Below, in pieces: positions 17,986 through 26,887 of a DNA stretch of 64,000 bases; positions within the stretch are counted from its first letter, which is position 1, and each line of letters begins with the position of its first letter. A program made the position numbers and the translations under genes. The notes beneath the pieces are model-generated. The model had not been told where the DNA came from. It saw only the letters and a program-made list of their open reading frames with translations, and made no database searches. Source of the DNA: an uncultured delta proteobacterium (GTDB lineage Bacteria; Myxococcota; Myxococcia; Myxococcales; Myxococcaceae); assembly GCA_963745475.1 (NCBI GenBank), contig CAVUXN010000004.1:32001-96000 (forward strand), in the 5' to 3' direction.

Positions 17986-18909
17986 TTAGCACACTCCGGG
18001 CCGCGACTGACCGAGCTTTGGGCGCAGAGGGCCGGTGGCCAGCGAGCGAAACTCCGTCATCGCCGGGCTCGGACGTCTGCCCTTCACCTGAATCCAGGTG
18101 AGTGTTCGCCGCAGGACGAGGTCCTCGATGGCGAGCGGGACGAGCTCCCCGCGCAGCAGCTCCCCCTCCACCGCCATGCGGGACAGAATGGTGACGCCCA
18201 CCCCCGCCGCGGCGAGCTGCTTGATGACTTCGTTCTCGCTAATCTCAAAGAGGCGCGTGGGCACCAGGCCCCGGTTGCGCAGCGCAGCGAGGATGATGTC
18301 CCGCGTCCCCGCGCCCTCCTCGCGGATGAGGAACAGCTCCTGAAAGACGCGCGCCGCCCTGAGCCGCCGCACCTGCGCCAGCGGGTGCCCTGGAGCCACT
18401 ACCGCCACCAACTCGTCCTCCATCCACGGTGACACCTCGACCCGGGTGTGACTCACCGGGCCTTCGACAATGCCGAGCTCGATGCGGTTGGCCAAGAGCG
18501 CGTCCAAGACGCTTCGGGTGTTGAGAGCGACCAGGGTGAGCTCAATGGCCGGATGCCGGGCGTGAAACGAGCCGAGAATGCGGGGAAGGAAATAGCTGGC
18601 CACGGTGAGACTGGACCCGAGCCGCAGCGAGCCCTCGGTGAGGCCCCGGCGCGCGGCCAAGGCCTCCTCGGCCGCGCTCTCCTCGCCGAATAGCACTTGG
18701 GCGTGCCCGAGAAGCACCCGTCCCTCCTCGGTCAGCGTCACCCCCTTGGCGGTCCGCACCAACAGCTGTGCGCCGAGGTCCGCCTCGAGCTGTCGAACCG
18801 CCTTGGAAACGGCGGGCTGACTGACGCGCAGGAGTCGTCCGCCGGCGGTGAAACCGCCGCGCTCGGCGACCGCAGTGAAGAGGCGCAAGGAGTTGAGATT
18901 GATGGCCAT
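17986..18909 (-). CDS. LysR-family regulator (CysL/YeiE-like)
   Basis: HTH with SQPAVSKAVRQLE; IELGIVEG and REEGAGTR are typical of CysL-like effector domains. Confidence 0.9.
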   Translation of the reverse strand: MAINLNSLRLFTAVAERGGFTAGGRLLRVSQPAVSKAVRQLEADLGAQLLVRTAKGVTLTEEGRVLLGHAQVLFGEESAAEEALAARRGLTEGSLRLGSSLTVASYFLPRILGSFHARHPAIELTLVALNTRSVLDALLANRIELGIVEGPVSHTRVEVSPWMEDELVAVVAPGHPLAQVRRLRAARVFQELFLIREEGAGTRDIILAALRNRGLVPTRLFEISENEVIKQLAAAGVGVTILSRMAVEGELLRGELVPLAIEDLVLRRTLTWIQVKGRRPSPAMTEFRSLATGPLRPKLGQSRPGVC

Positions 18910-18922
18910 AACCAATGGCTAT
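18908..18922. promoter_or_regulatory. LysR-type binding box overlapping the regulator start codon
   Basis: ATAACC-AAT-GGCTAT: T-N11-A with imperfect dyad symmetry. Confidence 0.6.
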
Positions 18923-19022
18923 TCTAACAGGCTATAGAATGTCTTGGTGATCTCCCTGCCCCCGGAGCACGTTGCCCACCAGAGCGGCGCACGAGGCCGC
19001 CCACTTCAAAGCGAGGCAACAC

Positions 19023-19208
19023 ATGTACCGGTTTGATGACAAGAGGCGGCGGCGGCTGTTGGAAGATGCCTTGGTGGCGGACCTCCTCGACGGGGCGTCC
19101 ATCGACGGCTCGACGGCACAAGCGTCCGAGACCGCGGGACGCGTTTCCGCGACAACGGCGGCTGCCAACCGGGCGGGCGGCGTCCCGTCCCACAAGTCCA
19201 AGGCCTAG
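19023..19208 (+). CDS. Small hypothetical protein divergent from the LysR gene
   Basis: GAGG upstream of ATG; MYRFDDKRRRRLLEDALVADLLDG...; only candidate target in the divergent position. Confidence 0.4.
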   Translation: MYRFDDKRRRRLLEDALVADLLDGASIDGSTAQASETAGRVSATTAAANRAGGVPSHKSKA

Positions 19209-19376
19209 TCTCCGAAGGCGCGGCTCCTGCCTCCTCCGGAGCCGTAAAGGCGCTCCAAGAGGAGGCCGACGCGCCGTGCGCAAGAGGTGGCCGGTGCTGG
19301 AGATTCCCATTGCCACGCCGCCGCGGATGCTCTCTTCTGCCCAGCGTCACCAGCATTTCCCTCGGGGGAGGGCATC

Positions 19377-19715
19377 ATGAAGACCGGGTTAGGGTGTCTG
19401 GGGTTGCTCGTCCTCGCGGCCTGCGCCAGCACGAGCTCGCAGCTCGCCTCCGGAGCGCCGCTCGCGACGGAGACGGCTCTCAACAGAGGCCGCTTCGACA
19501 TGGGCTGCCCCACCGCAACCGCCGAGGTGCTGTCCAGCGACTACATCCAGCCGGTGGTGGCTGGCCCCTGGGTGGGCGAAGGCGTGACGCGACTCGAGTA
19601 CACGGTGGGCGTCCTGGGCTGTAACAAAAAACAAGTGTACGTCGTCATCTGCCAGGAGGGGTCGAACAGCTGCTTTGCGACGCCCTCGCACGGCACCACG
19701 CCGCAGACGCAGTAG
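19377..19715 (+). CDS. Hypothetical lipoprotein
   Basis: GGAGG SD; lipobox LAAC; four further Cys; RGRFDMGCP...EYTVGVLGC. Confidence 0.78.
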   Translation: MKTGLGCLGLLVLAACASTSSQLASGAPLATETALNRGRFDMGCPTATAEVLSSDYIQPVVAGPWVGEGVTRLEYTVGVLGCNKKQVYVVICQEGSNSCFATPSHGTTPQTQ

Positions 19716-19769
19716 CCCCGGGGACTCGGAGGCTGCTGTCCACGGACACACCCTCACTTGAGAATGGCC

Positions 19770-20777
19770 ATGCGCGTCTACGCCAGCTTTCTTGCGATGC
19801 TGATGGGAGCACCGGCGTTTGCGCAAGCGGACGCCGGGAGCGTGCCGACCCTCAGCGTCCATCTCCTTCCCCTTCTGCCTTCGGCCCCGGGGCGAATTGG
19901 AATGGACTACCTGGGGTACGAGCCAGGCACCAACCAAGTCTGGGCCCCGGGTGCAAACACCGGACGGGCATTCGTCGTCGACGGTAACAGCGAAGCCGTT
20001 CGGACGGTGGAAGGCTTTCCCACGCGTGAACAAAACGGCCGAGTGTTGGGGCCAACGTCGGTGACGTTTGGCCCGGGGCGCGCCTTCATCGGCAACCGCT
20101 CGGACAACTCGGTGTGCGAGGTGGATTTGCAAACCCTGAAGCGTGGCGCGTGCGCCACGCTCCCCGACATGCCGGATGGGTTGGCCTATGTCGCCAGCAC
20201 CAGGGAGGTGTGGGCCACCACGCCGCGCTCGAAGTCGCTGGTCGTCCTGTCGACTGACAAGGGCCTCACCACCACCGCCCGCATCCCGCTCGACGGCGAG
20301 CCGGAAGGCTATGCCGTCGACGCAAGCGCCGGGCGCTTCTACACCAACCTCGAAGACAAAAACGAAACCCTGGCCATCGACGTGCGCTCCCGCACCGTGT
20401 CCGGCCGCTGGCCAACCGGGTGCAACGCGGACGGACCCCGCGGCTTAGCGCTCGACAGCCACTCGGGCGTCCTCGTGGTGGCCTGCACCGACCGCCTGGT
20501 GTCCTTCGTCCTCGCACCCAAGCCACAGCCGCGTGGCGCGCTTCTGACGGGTGTGGGCGTGGACAACATCGACCTTGCGCCGACGTCCGGCACCGTCTTC
20601 GCCGCCGCCGGCAAGGCCCAGCTGCTGACGCGCGGGCGGCTGGCACAGGACGGGACGTTGAGTCTCACTGGGCAGGCCCACATTTCCCAAGGGGTGCGGG
20701 TGGTGGTGGTGACTGCCGGCGGCAAGGCCTTCGCCGCTGACGGGGCGCAAGGCGCCCTGTGGGTCACCTCTCCGTAA
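19770..20777 (+). CDS. Secreted YncE/YVTN-like beta-propeller protein
   Basis: Signal peptide; repeated blades (MDYLGY, PDGLAY, PEGYAVD, PRGLALD, GVDNI). Confidence 0.75.
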   Translation: MRVYASFLAMLMGAPAFAQADAGSVPTLSVHLLPLLPSAPGRIGMDYLGYEPGTNQVWAPGANTGRAFVVDGNSEAVRTVEGFPTREQNGRVLGPTSVTFGPGRAFIGNRSDNSVCEVDLQTLKRGACATLPDMPDGLAYVASTREVWATTPRSKSLVVLSTDKGLTTTARIPLDGEPEGYAVDASAGRFYTNLEDKNETLAIDVRSRTVSGRWPTGCNADGPRGLALDSHSGVLVVACTDRLVSFVLAPKPQPRGALLTGVGVDNIDLAPTSGTVFAAAGKAQLLTRGRLAQDGTLSLTGQAHISQGVRVVVVTAGGKAFAADGAQGALWVTSP

Positions 20778-20821
20778 CCTGCGGGCGTTGCGAGGCTTCT
20801 GCTTCGGGTTGGACAGACGTA

Positions 20822-20842
20822 TCACTTTGTGTCACAAAGTGA
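20822..20842. promoter_or_regulatory. Perfect palindromic operator candidate
   Basis: TCACTTTGTG-T-CACAAAGTGA: 10-bp perfect inverted repeat ending 3 nt before ATG 20846. Confidence 0.75.
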
Positions 20843-20845
20843 CGC

Positions 20846-21151
20846 ATGCCCCCTGATGCCACCCATGGACGTACCAAGAAGGAGCGCGTCATCCACACCC
20901 GCGTTCCGGCCCTCCTGGAGGAGGAGTTGAAGCGTTTCGCTGAGGACCTTCGGGTCCCGGTTTCCAACCTCATCCGCACCATCCTCGAGGACGCGCTGGC
21001 CGCGGCGGACCAAGCCGGCGAGCGCGTCGAGCGCGGCCTCAGAGCCGGGGCCGCGCGCCTCGCCCACGGACGCGACAACCTTCGGCGGACGCTCGAGGGC
21101 CGGCTTCCATCGGACGCAGTGCGTCCGGCCAGGAAGGACCGCCGCCCATGA
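20846..21151 (+). CDS. Small putative DNA-binding protein (ribbon-helix-helix-like N-terminus)
   Basis: ERVIHTRVP beta strand, helix LLEEELKRFAE, then VPVSNLIRTILE helix; ATGA-coupled to the desaturase. Confidence 0.65.
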   Translation: MPPDATHGRTKKERVIHTRVPALLEEELKRFAEDLRVPVSNLIRTILEDALAAADQAGERVERGLRAGAARLAHGRDNLRRTLEGRLPSDAVRPARKDRRP

Positions 21152-21921
21152 CGGCCATCCTCGCGCTCTTCGTTGCGCACTGGACGTTCTCCATCTTCGC
21201 CCAGACGTTTTTTCTGCACCGCTACGGCGCCCACCGAATGTTCACCATGAGCCCGTTTTGGGAGCGCTTCTTCTACCTCTTCGCCTTCGTCGCCCAGGGG
21301 CCCTCTTTCCTCGTGCCCCGGGCCTACGCCATTCTCCACCGCCAGCACCACACCTTCGCGGACACGGAGCAGGACCCGCACTCGCCCCGCTTCTTTTCCA
21401 ACGTCGCCACCATGATGTGGCACACCAAGCACCAATACGACGTCTACGCCTACAAGCGGGGGGAGCCGGAGGCGCGCTTCCTGGGTGGAACACCGGAGTG
21501 GCCCTTCATCGACCGCCTCTCGCAGCGCTGGGCGACGCGCATCACTTTTTCGCTGCTCTTCGTCCTCTTCTACGTCCACTTCGCCCCCTCTTTGTGGTGG
21601 TTCCTGCTTTTGCCCGTCCACTGGACGATGGGCCCCATCCATGGCGCCATCGTCAACTGGTGCGGTCACAAGTATGGCTATAGGAATTTCGCCACCGACG
21701 ACCAGAGCAAGAACAGCCTGCGGCTCGAATTCGTCACCTTCGGCGAGCTCTTCCAGAACAACCACCACCAGTACCCCACCCGCCCCAATTTCGCCGTCCG
21801 CTGGTTCGAGCTCGACCCGGCCTACCAGGTGATGCGACTTCTGGCCTGGCTCGGCGTCATAGACTTCGTCCGCGCTGCGCGCGACGCCGCGCCTTCCCCC
21901 GACGCGGTGCTCGCCCGGTGA
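21148..21921 (+). CDS. Acyl-CoA (delta-9-type) fatty acid desaturase
   Basis: His boxes HRYGAH, HRQHH...DPHSP and GELFQNNHH; WFELDP. Confidence 0.92.
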   Translation: MTAILALFVAHWTFSIFAQTFFLHRYGAHRMFTMSPFWERFFYLFAFVAQGPSFLVPRAYAILHRQHHTFADTEQDPHSPRFFSNVATMMWHTKHQYDVYAYKRGEPEARFLGGTPEWPFIDRLSQRWATRITFSLLFVLFYVHFAPSLWWFLLLPVHWTMGPIHGAIVNWCGHKYGYRNFATDDQSKNSLRLEFVTFGELFQNNHHQYPTRPNFAVRWFELDPAYQVMRLLAWLGVIDFVRAARDAAPSPDAVLAR

Positions 21922-22643
21922 CACGAGACTTCCCCGCCTCGCAGCGGCCTGCCTCCCAGCTGGTCGCACGCGAGGTGGCGGCGCTGGCCCTCTTCTCGCT
22001 CCTGCACCCGTTGGGCTGGCGCGCCCAGCATCGGCGGACGCCGCGCTTGGCCGACCAGCGAACGGTGGTGCTGGTGCACGGCTACGGCGGCAATCGCACC
22101 ACCTTCCTCCCCTTGCGGGCCTACCTGCGCGTCCATGGAATCCGCCAAATTCTCGCCTTTGACTACCGCGCCAGCGCGGGCATCGAGCACGCCGCCCGGG
22201 GCCTTCGGGACTACCTGCGCCGCTCGGTGCGTGGGGGCCGCGTGGACTTGGTGTGCCACAGCCTCGGGGGCCTGGTCGCTCGGGTGTACCTCGAGCAGCT
22301 CGGGGGAGCCCGCCGCGTGGACCGCTGCATCACCCTCGGGACGCCGCACCGGGGGACGTACAACGCCTACTGGCTGGCCTCCCGGGTGGGCCGAGAGTTG
22401 CGCCCGGATTCGGCGGTACTGGAACGGCTGGCAGCCTCCGGCGCCCACGCCAACCGCGTCCGCTACACCTCCATCGTCGCGGGTTCGGACAACATCGTCA
22501 TTCCCCGTGTCTTCGCCGCCGAGGGCGACCTGGTACACGTCCCGGATGTGGGGCACCTGGGCATGCTTTTCTCACCGGGTGTGTTTCACGCCGTCCTCGA
22601 CCGGTTACTTCCGAGTGCACCCCCGGTGACACCCGCGTTATAG
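21918..22643 (+). CDS. Alpha/beta hydrolase (lipase/esterase-like)
   Basis: VLVHGYGG oxyanion motif, CHSLGG nucleophile elbow, LGTPHRG, DNIV, GHLGML. Confidence 0.9.
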   Translation: MTRDFPASQRPASQLVAREVAALALFSLLHPLGWRAQHRRTPRLADQRTVVLVHGYGGNRTTFLPLRAYLRVHGIRQILAFDYRASAGIEHAARGLRDYLRRSVRGGRVDLVCHSLGGLVARVYLEQLGGARRVDRCITLGTPHRGTYNAYWLASRVGRELRPDSAVLERLAASGAHANRVRYTSIVAGSDNIVIPRVFAAEGDLVHVPDVGHLGMLFSPGVFHAVLDRLLPSAPPVTPAL

Positions 22644-22692
22644 CTGCACCCGGGGCTGGACGAAGCAACCCCTCTCTGGGAAGGTCCGCAGC

Positions 22693-23628
22693 GTGCTGCG
22701 CCACAAAGCCGACCGCCGCACCCTCGGGATTCTCACCTCCTACGCGGTGCTTTTCATCTCGGCTTGGGTGGTGAATCCGTCGGGCTGGCTCCTCGGGGCC
22801 TGGGTGGCGGTTCTGTGTGCCAACGCCTGGCTGTGCGCGGTGGTGGCGCACAACACCGTCCACTGCCCCGTCTTCACCAAGCGGTGGATGAACCGAGTGT
22901 TTCAGGTGTGGGTGAGCCTCTCCTACGGTTTCCCCATCAGCGAGTACATCCCCGGCCACAACCTCTCCCACCACCGCTACACGCAAATGCGTGAGGACGT
23001 GATGCGCACCAGCAAGGTGCGCTTCCGGTGGAACCTCCTCAACCTCCTCTTCTTTTTCCCGGCCGTAACGCCCGCCATCCTGCGGGGGAATGCCCGCTTC
23101 AAGAAACTTCGGGGGGCCAAGGCCACCGCTTGGCGCCGTCAATTCCTCGCGGAGAGCGTGGTGGTGTGGGGCGTGAAGGTGGGGCTGCTTCTCCTCGACT
23201 GGCGCCGGGCGCTCCTGTTGATGGTGGTGCCCCACCTCTTCGCCAACTTCGGCATCGTCACCATCAACCTGCTGTGGCACGACGGCTGCGATGCCACACA
23301 CCCCGTCAACCACTCGCGCAACTTCGTCAGCCCGCTGCTGAATTTCCTCGGCGTCAACAACGGCTACCACGGCATGCACCACATGGAGCCGGGCTTGCAC
23401 TGGAGCCTTTTGCCGCAGGCGCACGCCGAGCAGGTCCGGCCTGGTCTTCACCCAGCACTGGAGCAGCCCTCGCTGCTGGCGTACGTCTTCCGCAGCTACA
23501 TCTACCCCGGGAAGCGCATTCGCTACGACGGGACGCCGCTGGTGGTGATGGACCTCGGCCCGGACCGCGACTGGGTGCAACCCAACGACGCGGACTTCTC
23601 CGGCGCGCCGTCCGAGGCGCCGGCCTGA
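22693..23628 (+). CDS. Membrane fatty acid desaturase
   Basis: His boxes HNTVH, HNLSHH and NNGYHGMHH. Confidence 0.9.
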   Translation: MLRHKADRRTLGILTSYAVLFISAWVVNPSGWLLGAWVAVLCANAWLCAVVAHNTVHCPVFTKRWMNRVFQVWVSLSYGFPISEYIPGHNLSHHRYTQMREDVMRTSKVRFRWNLLNLLFFFPAVTPAILRGNARFKKLRGAKATAWRRQFLAESVVVWGVKVGLLLLDWRRALLLMVVPHLFANFGIVTINLLWHDGCDATHPVNHSRNFVSPLLNFLGVNNGYHGMHHMEPGLHWSLLPQAHAEQVRPGLHPALEQPSLLAYVFRSYIYPGKRIRYDGTPLVVMDLGPDRDWVQPNDADFSGAPSEAPA

Positions 23629-23630
23629 CG

Positions 23631-24044
23631 TCAGCCGTCGCTGTCCTGGAGCGCGACGCTGGCCGCCTCCAGCTTTTGGGCGAGCAGGCTGAGGTCGATG
23701 GGCTTTCCGAGTCGACCGATGACCAGTCGGTGGTTGGGGGCTACTTTGCCAAGCACCGGGTAGGCCGAAACGAGGATGAAGCGGAGCCGGTCCGCGTCCT
23801 CTCGAAGCGCAAGCTGGTGCAGCAGCTCCGGTCCATTCGTCCCTGGCATCATCAAATCCAGGATGACGACGAGCGGCGGTCCGAGCTGCTCGACGAGCGA
23901 CTCGGCGTCCTGGGCATTTTCTGCAGTGATGACGGTGTGGCCACGGCGCGCGAGCTCGTTGCGCAGGTGAGCCCGGAAGAAGGGCTGGTCATCCACCACC
24001 AGCACGACAGGCCCCTGTGCATTTGCCGTTGCCGCCGCATGCAT
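23631..24044 (-). CDS. Single-domain response regulator (receiver)
   Basis: VLVVDD, ILDLMMPGTNG, SA and KPIDL motifs; start uncertain. Confidence 0.85.
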   Translation of the reverse strand: MHAAATANAQGPVVLVVDDQPFFRAHLRNELARRGHTVITAENAQDAESLVEQLGPPLVVILDLMMPGTNGPELLHQLALREDADRLRFILVSAYPVLGKVAPNHRLVIGRLGKPIDLSLLAQKLEAASVALQDSDG

Positions 24045-24233
24045 GCGCTGGACGTTCTGCCATTGTGTGCACCCACCCTGAAAGTGGGTGCCGCTGGACA
24101 CCGCAACGCCCAAGTCAGGCGGGACGGGACCCAGAGGCGGGCCAAGGTCCATGTTTCGCAAACGCCATTCGAGCGCTCTCCCGAGGCGCACTTTCGAGGC
24201 ATGCTTCGAGCGCTCGTTCGGCGGAGGGGACAG

Positions 24234-24650
24234 GTGGCCATTTCGCGTTGGCTGGCAGCCGTCATGGGGGGAGTCCTCGCAGCCGGCTGCGTCACGAGCT
24301 CCGCCTCAGTCGCTCCCCCGGCGGTGACGGGGACGCTGGGGACGGTGGGCGGCTTCGTCCTCGCCCCTGGAAGCCAGGTGGAGGTGACGCTGGCTGACGT
24401 CTCGCGCGCGGACGCCCCAGCGGTGGTGTTGGCCCAGGAGTCGGTGCCGATTACCGGCGCCTACTGGCTTTCCTTCTCCCTCCCCTACTCCCCGGCGGAC
24501 ATTCAGCCCAACCACACCTACGTGGTGTCAGCTCGGGTGAGGGACAAGGCCGGGCAGCTGCGCTACCTCAATCTCCAACCGTGCTTCGTCCTTACCCGCG
24601 GGGCGCCGAGCAACGTCCAGCTGCAGTTGGACTTGGCACAGCGGCCCTAG
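24234..24650 (+). CDS. YbaY/YscW-family lipoprotein
   Basis: GGAGG SD before GTG; lipobox AAGC; VTLADVSRADAPAVVLA and YVVSARV motifs. Confidence 0.85.
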   Translation: MAISRWLAAVMGGVLAAGCVTSSASVAPPAVTGTLGTVGGFVLAPGSQVEVTLADVSRADAPAVVLAQESVPITGAYWLSFSLPYSPADIQPNHTYVVSARVRDKAGQLRYLNLQPCFVLTRGAPSNVQLQLDLAQRP

Positions 24651-24673
24651 AGGCGTTTTCCGCGGCTGGCGCG

Positions 24674-24997
24674 CTAGCGAGCGCCGGGCACGAAAGGCTG
24701 TCGCCGCAGCGCCTCGGCAACACTGTCCAGCGTCAAGGCCGCCGGCGTTCCGGCAACGGGGGACGGGCCGCCAGGGGTGACGTTGTGGTGGCCCAGCACG
24801 TTGCGTAGGTCCTGCTCAAACTTCACATTCCCGGCCGCAATCTCGCGCAGCGCAGTGACGGTCGGCTTGTCGCGACCCGAAGGCACGGTACAGGTGGCCC
24901 CGGACAAAAGCTGCTTCGTCCGGCGCACGGCGAGAATGGACAGCGCGAAGCGGTTCTCCGCGTAGGGACCGCAGTCTTCGATTGTGACTCGCGCCAT
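24674..24997 (-). CDS. rpoZ: RNA polymerase omega subunit (possibly a divergent paralog)
   Basis: MARVTIEDC...NRFAL...RRTKQL...KPTVTALREIAAG motif set. Confidence 0.88.
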   Translation of the reverse strand: MARVTIEDCGPYAENRFALSILAVRRTKQLLSGATCTVPSGRDKPTVTALREIAAGNVKFEQDLRNVLGHHNVTPGGPSPVAGTPAALTLDSVAEALRRQPFVPGAR

Positions 24998-25094
24998 AGA
25001 GAATGGGAGTAACACGCCCACTCGTGGGCAGCAAACTGTGAGGCCCTGGGGGCTGGTCACCGGAGCCGGCCAAGGCCACCTCGCACGCCTTTGG

Positions 25095-25382
25095 TCAGCG
25101 CTTTGAAGTCCGCTCCCGGTCGCCGAGTCTCGGACCCGACGGCGCACCTTTCACAAGAACTCGACGCATGAGCCGACGGGTGCACCACAGCAGCGCCGTC
25201 AGCGCGAGAAGGACCAGGACGGTCGTGCTCAACTCGCCAAAGGTCCGGACGGTGAGCATGGCGAGAATGCTCATCCCGCTCAACATTGCTGCGTACCAGA
25301 GGAAGAAAGTCAGGGCGACAAAGACAAGTCGAGCTCCGCGACGAGCATCCGCAGGAAGCTTCTTGCCGTAGTGCACCGCCAC
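25095..25382 (-). CDS. Hypothetical membrane protein; 5' end unresolved
   Basis: Hydrophobic helices; the frame continues upstream with another TM (IAALVSVVASLWIGFALLV) but has no ATG/GTG/TTG there. Confidence 0.4.
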   Translation of the reverse strand: MAVHYGKKLPADARRGARLVFVALTFFLWYAAMLSGMSILAMLTVRTFGELSTTVLVLLALTALLWCTRRLMRRVLVKGAPSGPRLGDRERTSKR

Positions 25383-25699
25383 GAGGAGCGCGAACCCAAT
25401 CCACAGCGATGCGACGACGCTGACCAGAGCTGCAATCGTGCCGGAGGTGGAGATGGAGGTGTCCGCAAGCAGAGCGACTTGGCCCAGAGTGTACGCCTGC
25501 GGCGAGTTCTGGCGCAGCGGGCCGTCGGTCGCGACCCGAGCGCACGTTTTGTGGAATTCCGCCTTTTCTAACTTGCAGGCCCATCTGTCTCGCAGCCGAC
25601 GGGCAGGGTCTAAAGGGTAAACTGCGCGTCCCGTCCGGTGTCTTGCTTGCTCAGCGGCCGTTCTTCGGAGCGACGGACTGCCAGCAGGAGGAGCTTCCC

Positions 25700-26149
25700 A
25701 TGCGGCTGAATCTCGCGACCCTTGGAGCGTTGGCGCTGTTGTTGGCTTGCGGGAGCAGTGGCAGTGGGAGTGGTTCCCCGCCGACGGTGGTCTCGACCAG
25801 CCCTGCGAGCGGAGCCACCGGCGTTGCGTTAGCGGCCGTTGCGAAAGTCACTTTCAGCGCGGCAATGGACTGCTCGACGCTGACGTCGACAACCTTTGGC
25901 GAGTCTCTGAGCGGCGTCAACGTCACCGGAGGCGTCATCTGCAATGGGAGCTCTGCGACCTTCGCGCCGTCAGTTCTGTTGCAGCCCAGTGCCACCTACA
26001 CCGCCACGGGGCAAGCTGGGGGCAAGGACACCAACGGCAACGCGCTGGCGGCGAGTTACAGCTGGAGCTTCACCACCGCCGCTGGCACGAGCTCGCCGCC
26101 AACTGTCGTCTCCACCAGTCCGGTGAACGGCGCCACCGGGGTTCCGTAA
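25700..26149 (+). CDS. Ig-like (Big_5) domain lipoprotein, apparently truncated
   Basis: AGGAGG SD; lipobox LLAC; full PPTVVSTSP...GATGV...YSWSFTT repeat, then a second repeat stops after about 17 aa. Confidence 0.75.
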   Translation: MRLNLATLGALALLLACGSSGSGSGSPPTVVSTSPASGATGVALAAVAKVTFSAAMDCSTLTSTTFGESLSGVNVTGGVICNGSSATFAPSVLLQPSATYTATGQAGGKDTNGNALAASYSWSFTTAAGTSSPPTVVSTSPVNGATGVP

Positions 26150-26509
26150 AGCAGAGCACCCAGAACAACCGGCCATGACGTACGTCGAGTTCTTTTCTTT
26201 AGCGGCAGAGTGCACGCTACGCCTGCGAAAAAGGGCGGTTTAACTGCTGCTGCTGACCTCCGGGCGACTCCAGAGGCCAGCAGCGCTTTCTCGACTTCGG
26301 CGCATTAGGCCCTGGACGATTCCGGAGCCGCAGCTCGCTTCAAAGTCCTTGGACGTTCCGCGGCTTCTCGTTCGGCTTGCGCCGTGGACTCCGTCGGTCC
26401 CGCGCAGCCCCCGGCCCTGCGCGGACGTGCTGCACTTGCCCGAGACATGCCCTTGAGGCTGAAGTGTATGCGCTCAGTCTAGCCACTGGCGCGTGACGGG
26501 TTTGTTAGA

Positions 26510-26887
26510 ATGCACTTCATGCCTCCATTGGTTCTCGTTCGCGGCGCGATTGCTGCTGTGTGGCTTTACGAGGGTTTGTGGTGCAAGTTGCTGCGGCGGG
26601 CGCCGAACCAAAGGGACATCGTCGAGTCCGTGCCATTTTTTGGCCGCTCCCATGGGCGCCTTGTTCTCTCGGCCATCGGGTTGCTTGAGTGCGCACTCGC
26701 GGTCTGGGTCCTGTCTGGATGGGAGCCCGTCTGGGCTGCTGCGGTCCAGACTGGACTCCTCGTTGGGATGAATCTCAACGGGCTTTTCTTCGCACGAAGG
26801 CTCATCCACGACCCCGGGGGGATGCTGGTTAAGAATTTCGCCCTCGTCGTCCTGATGTGGGAGGCGGCCGCGCAGGGCAGTCGGTGA
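26510..26887 (+). CDS. DoxX-like family membrane protein
   Basis: AAVWLYEGLWCKLL, IGLLE and IHDPGGMLVKN motifs. Confidence 0.7.
   Translation: MHFMPPLVLVRGAIAAVWLYEGLWCKLLRRAPNQRDIVESVPFFGRSHGRLVLSAIGLLECALAVWVLSGWEPVWAAAVQTGLLVGMNLNGLFFARRLIHDPGGMLVKNFALVVLMWEAAAQGSR

Noticed and set aside
23028..24650. 540-aa ORF as a single protein
   Set aside because: Only the last 138 codons (YbaY-like, with their own SD and lipobox) look real; the rest overlaps the desaturase and the response regulator.
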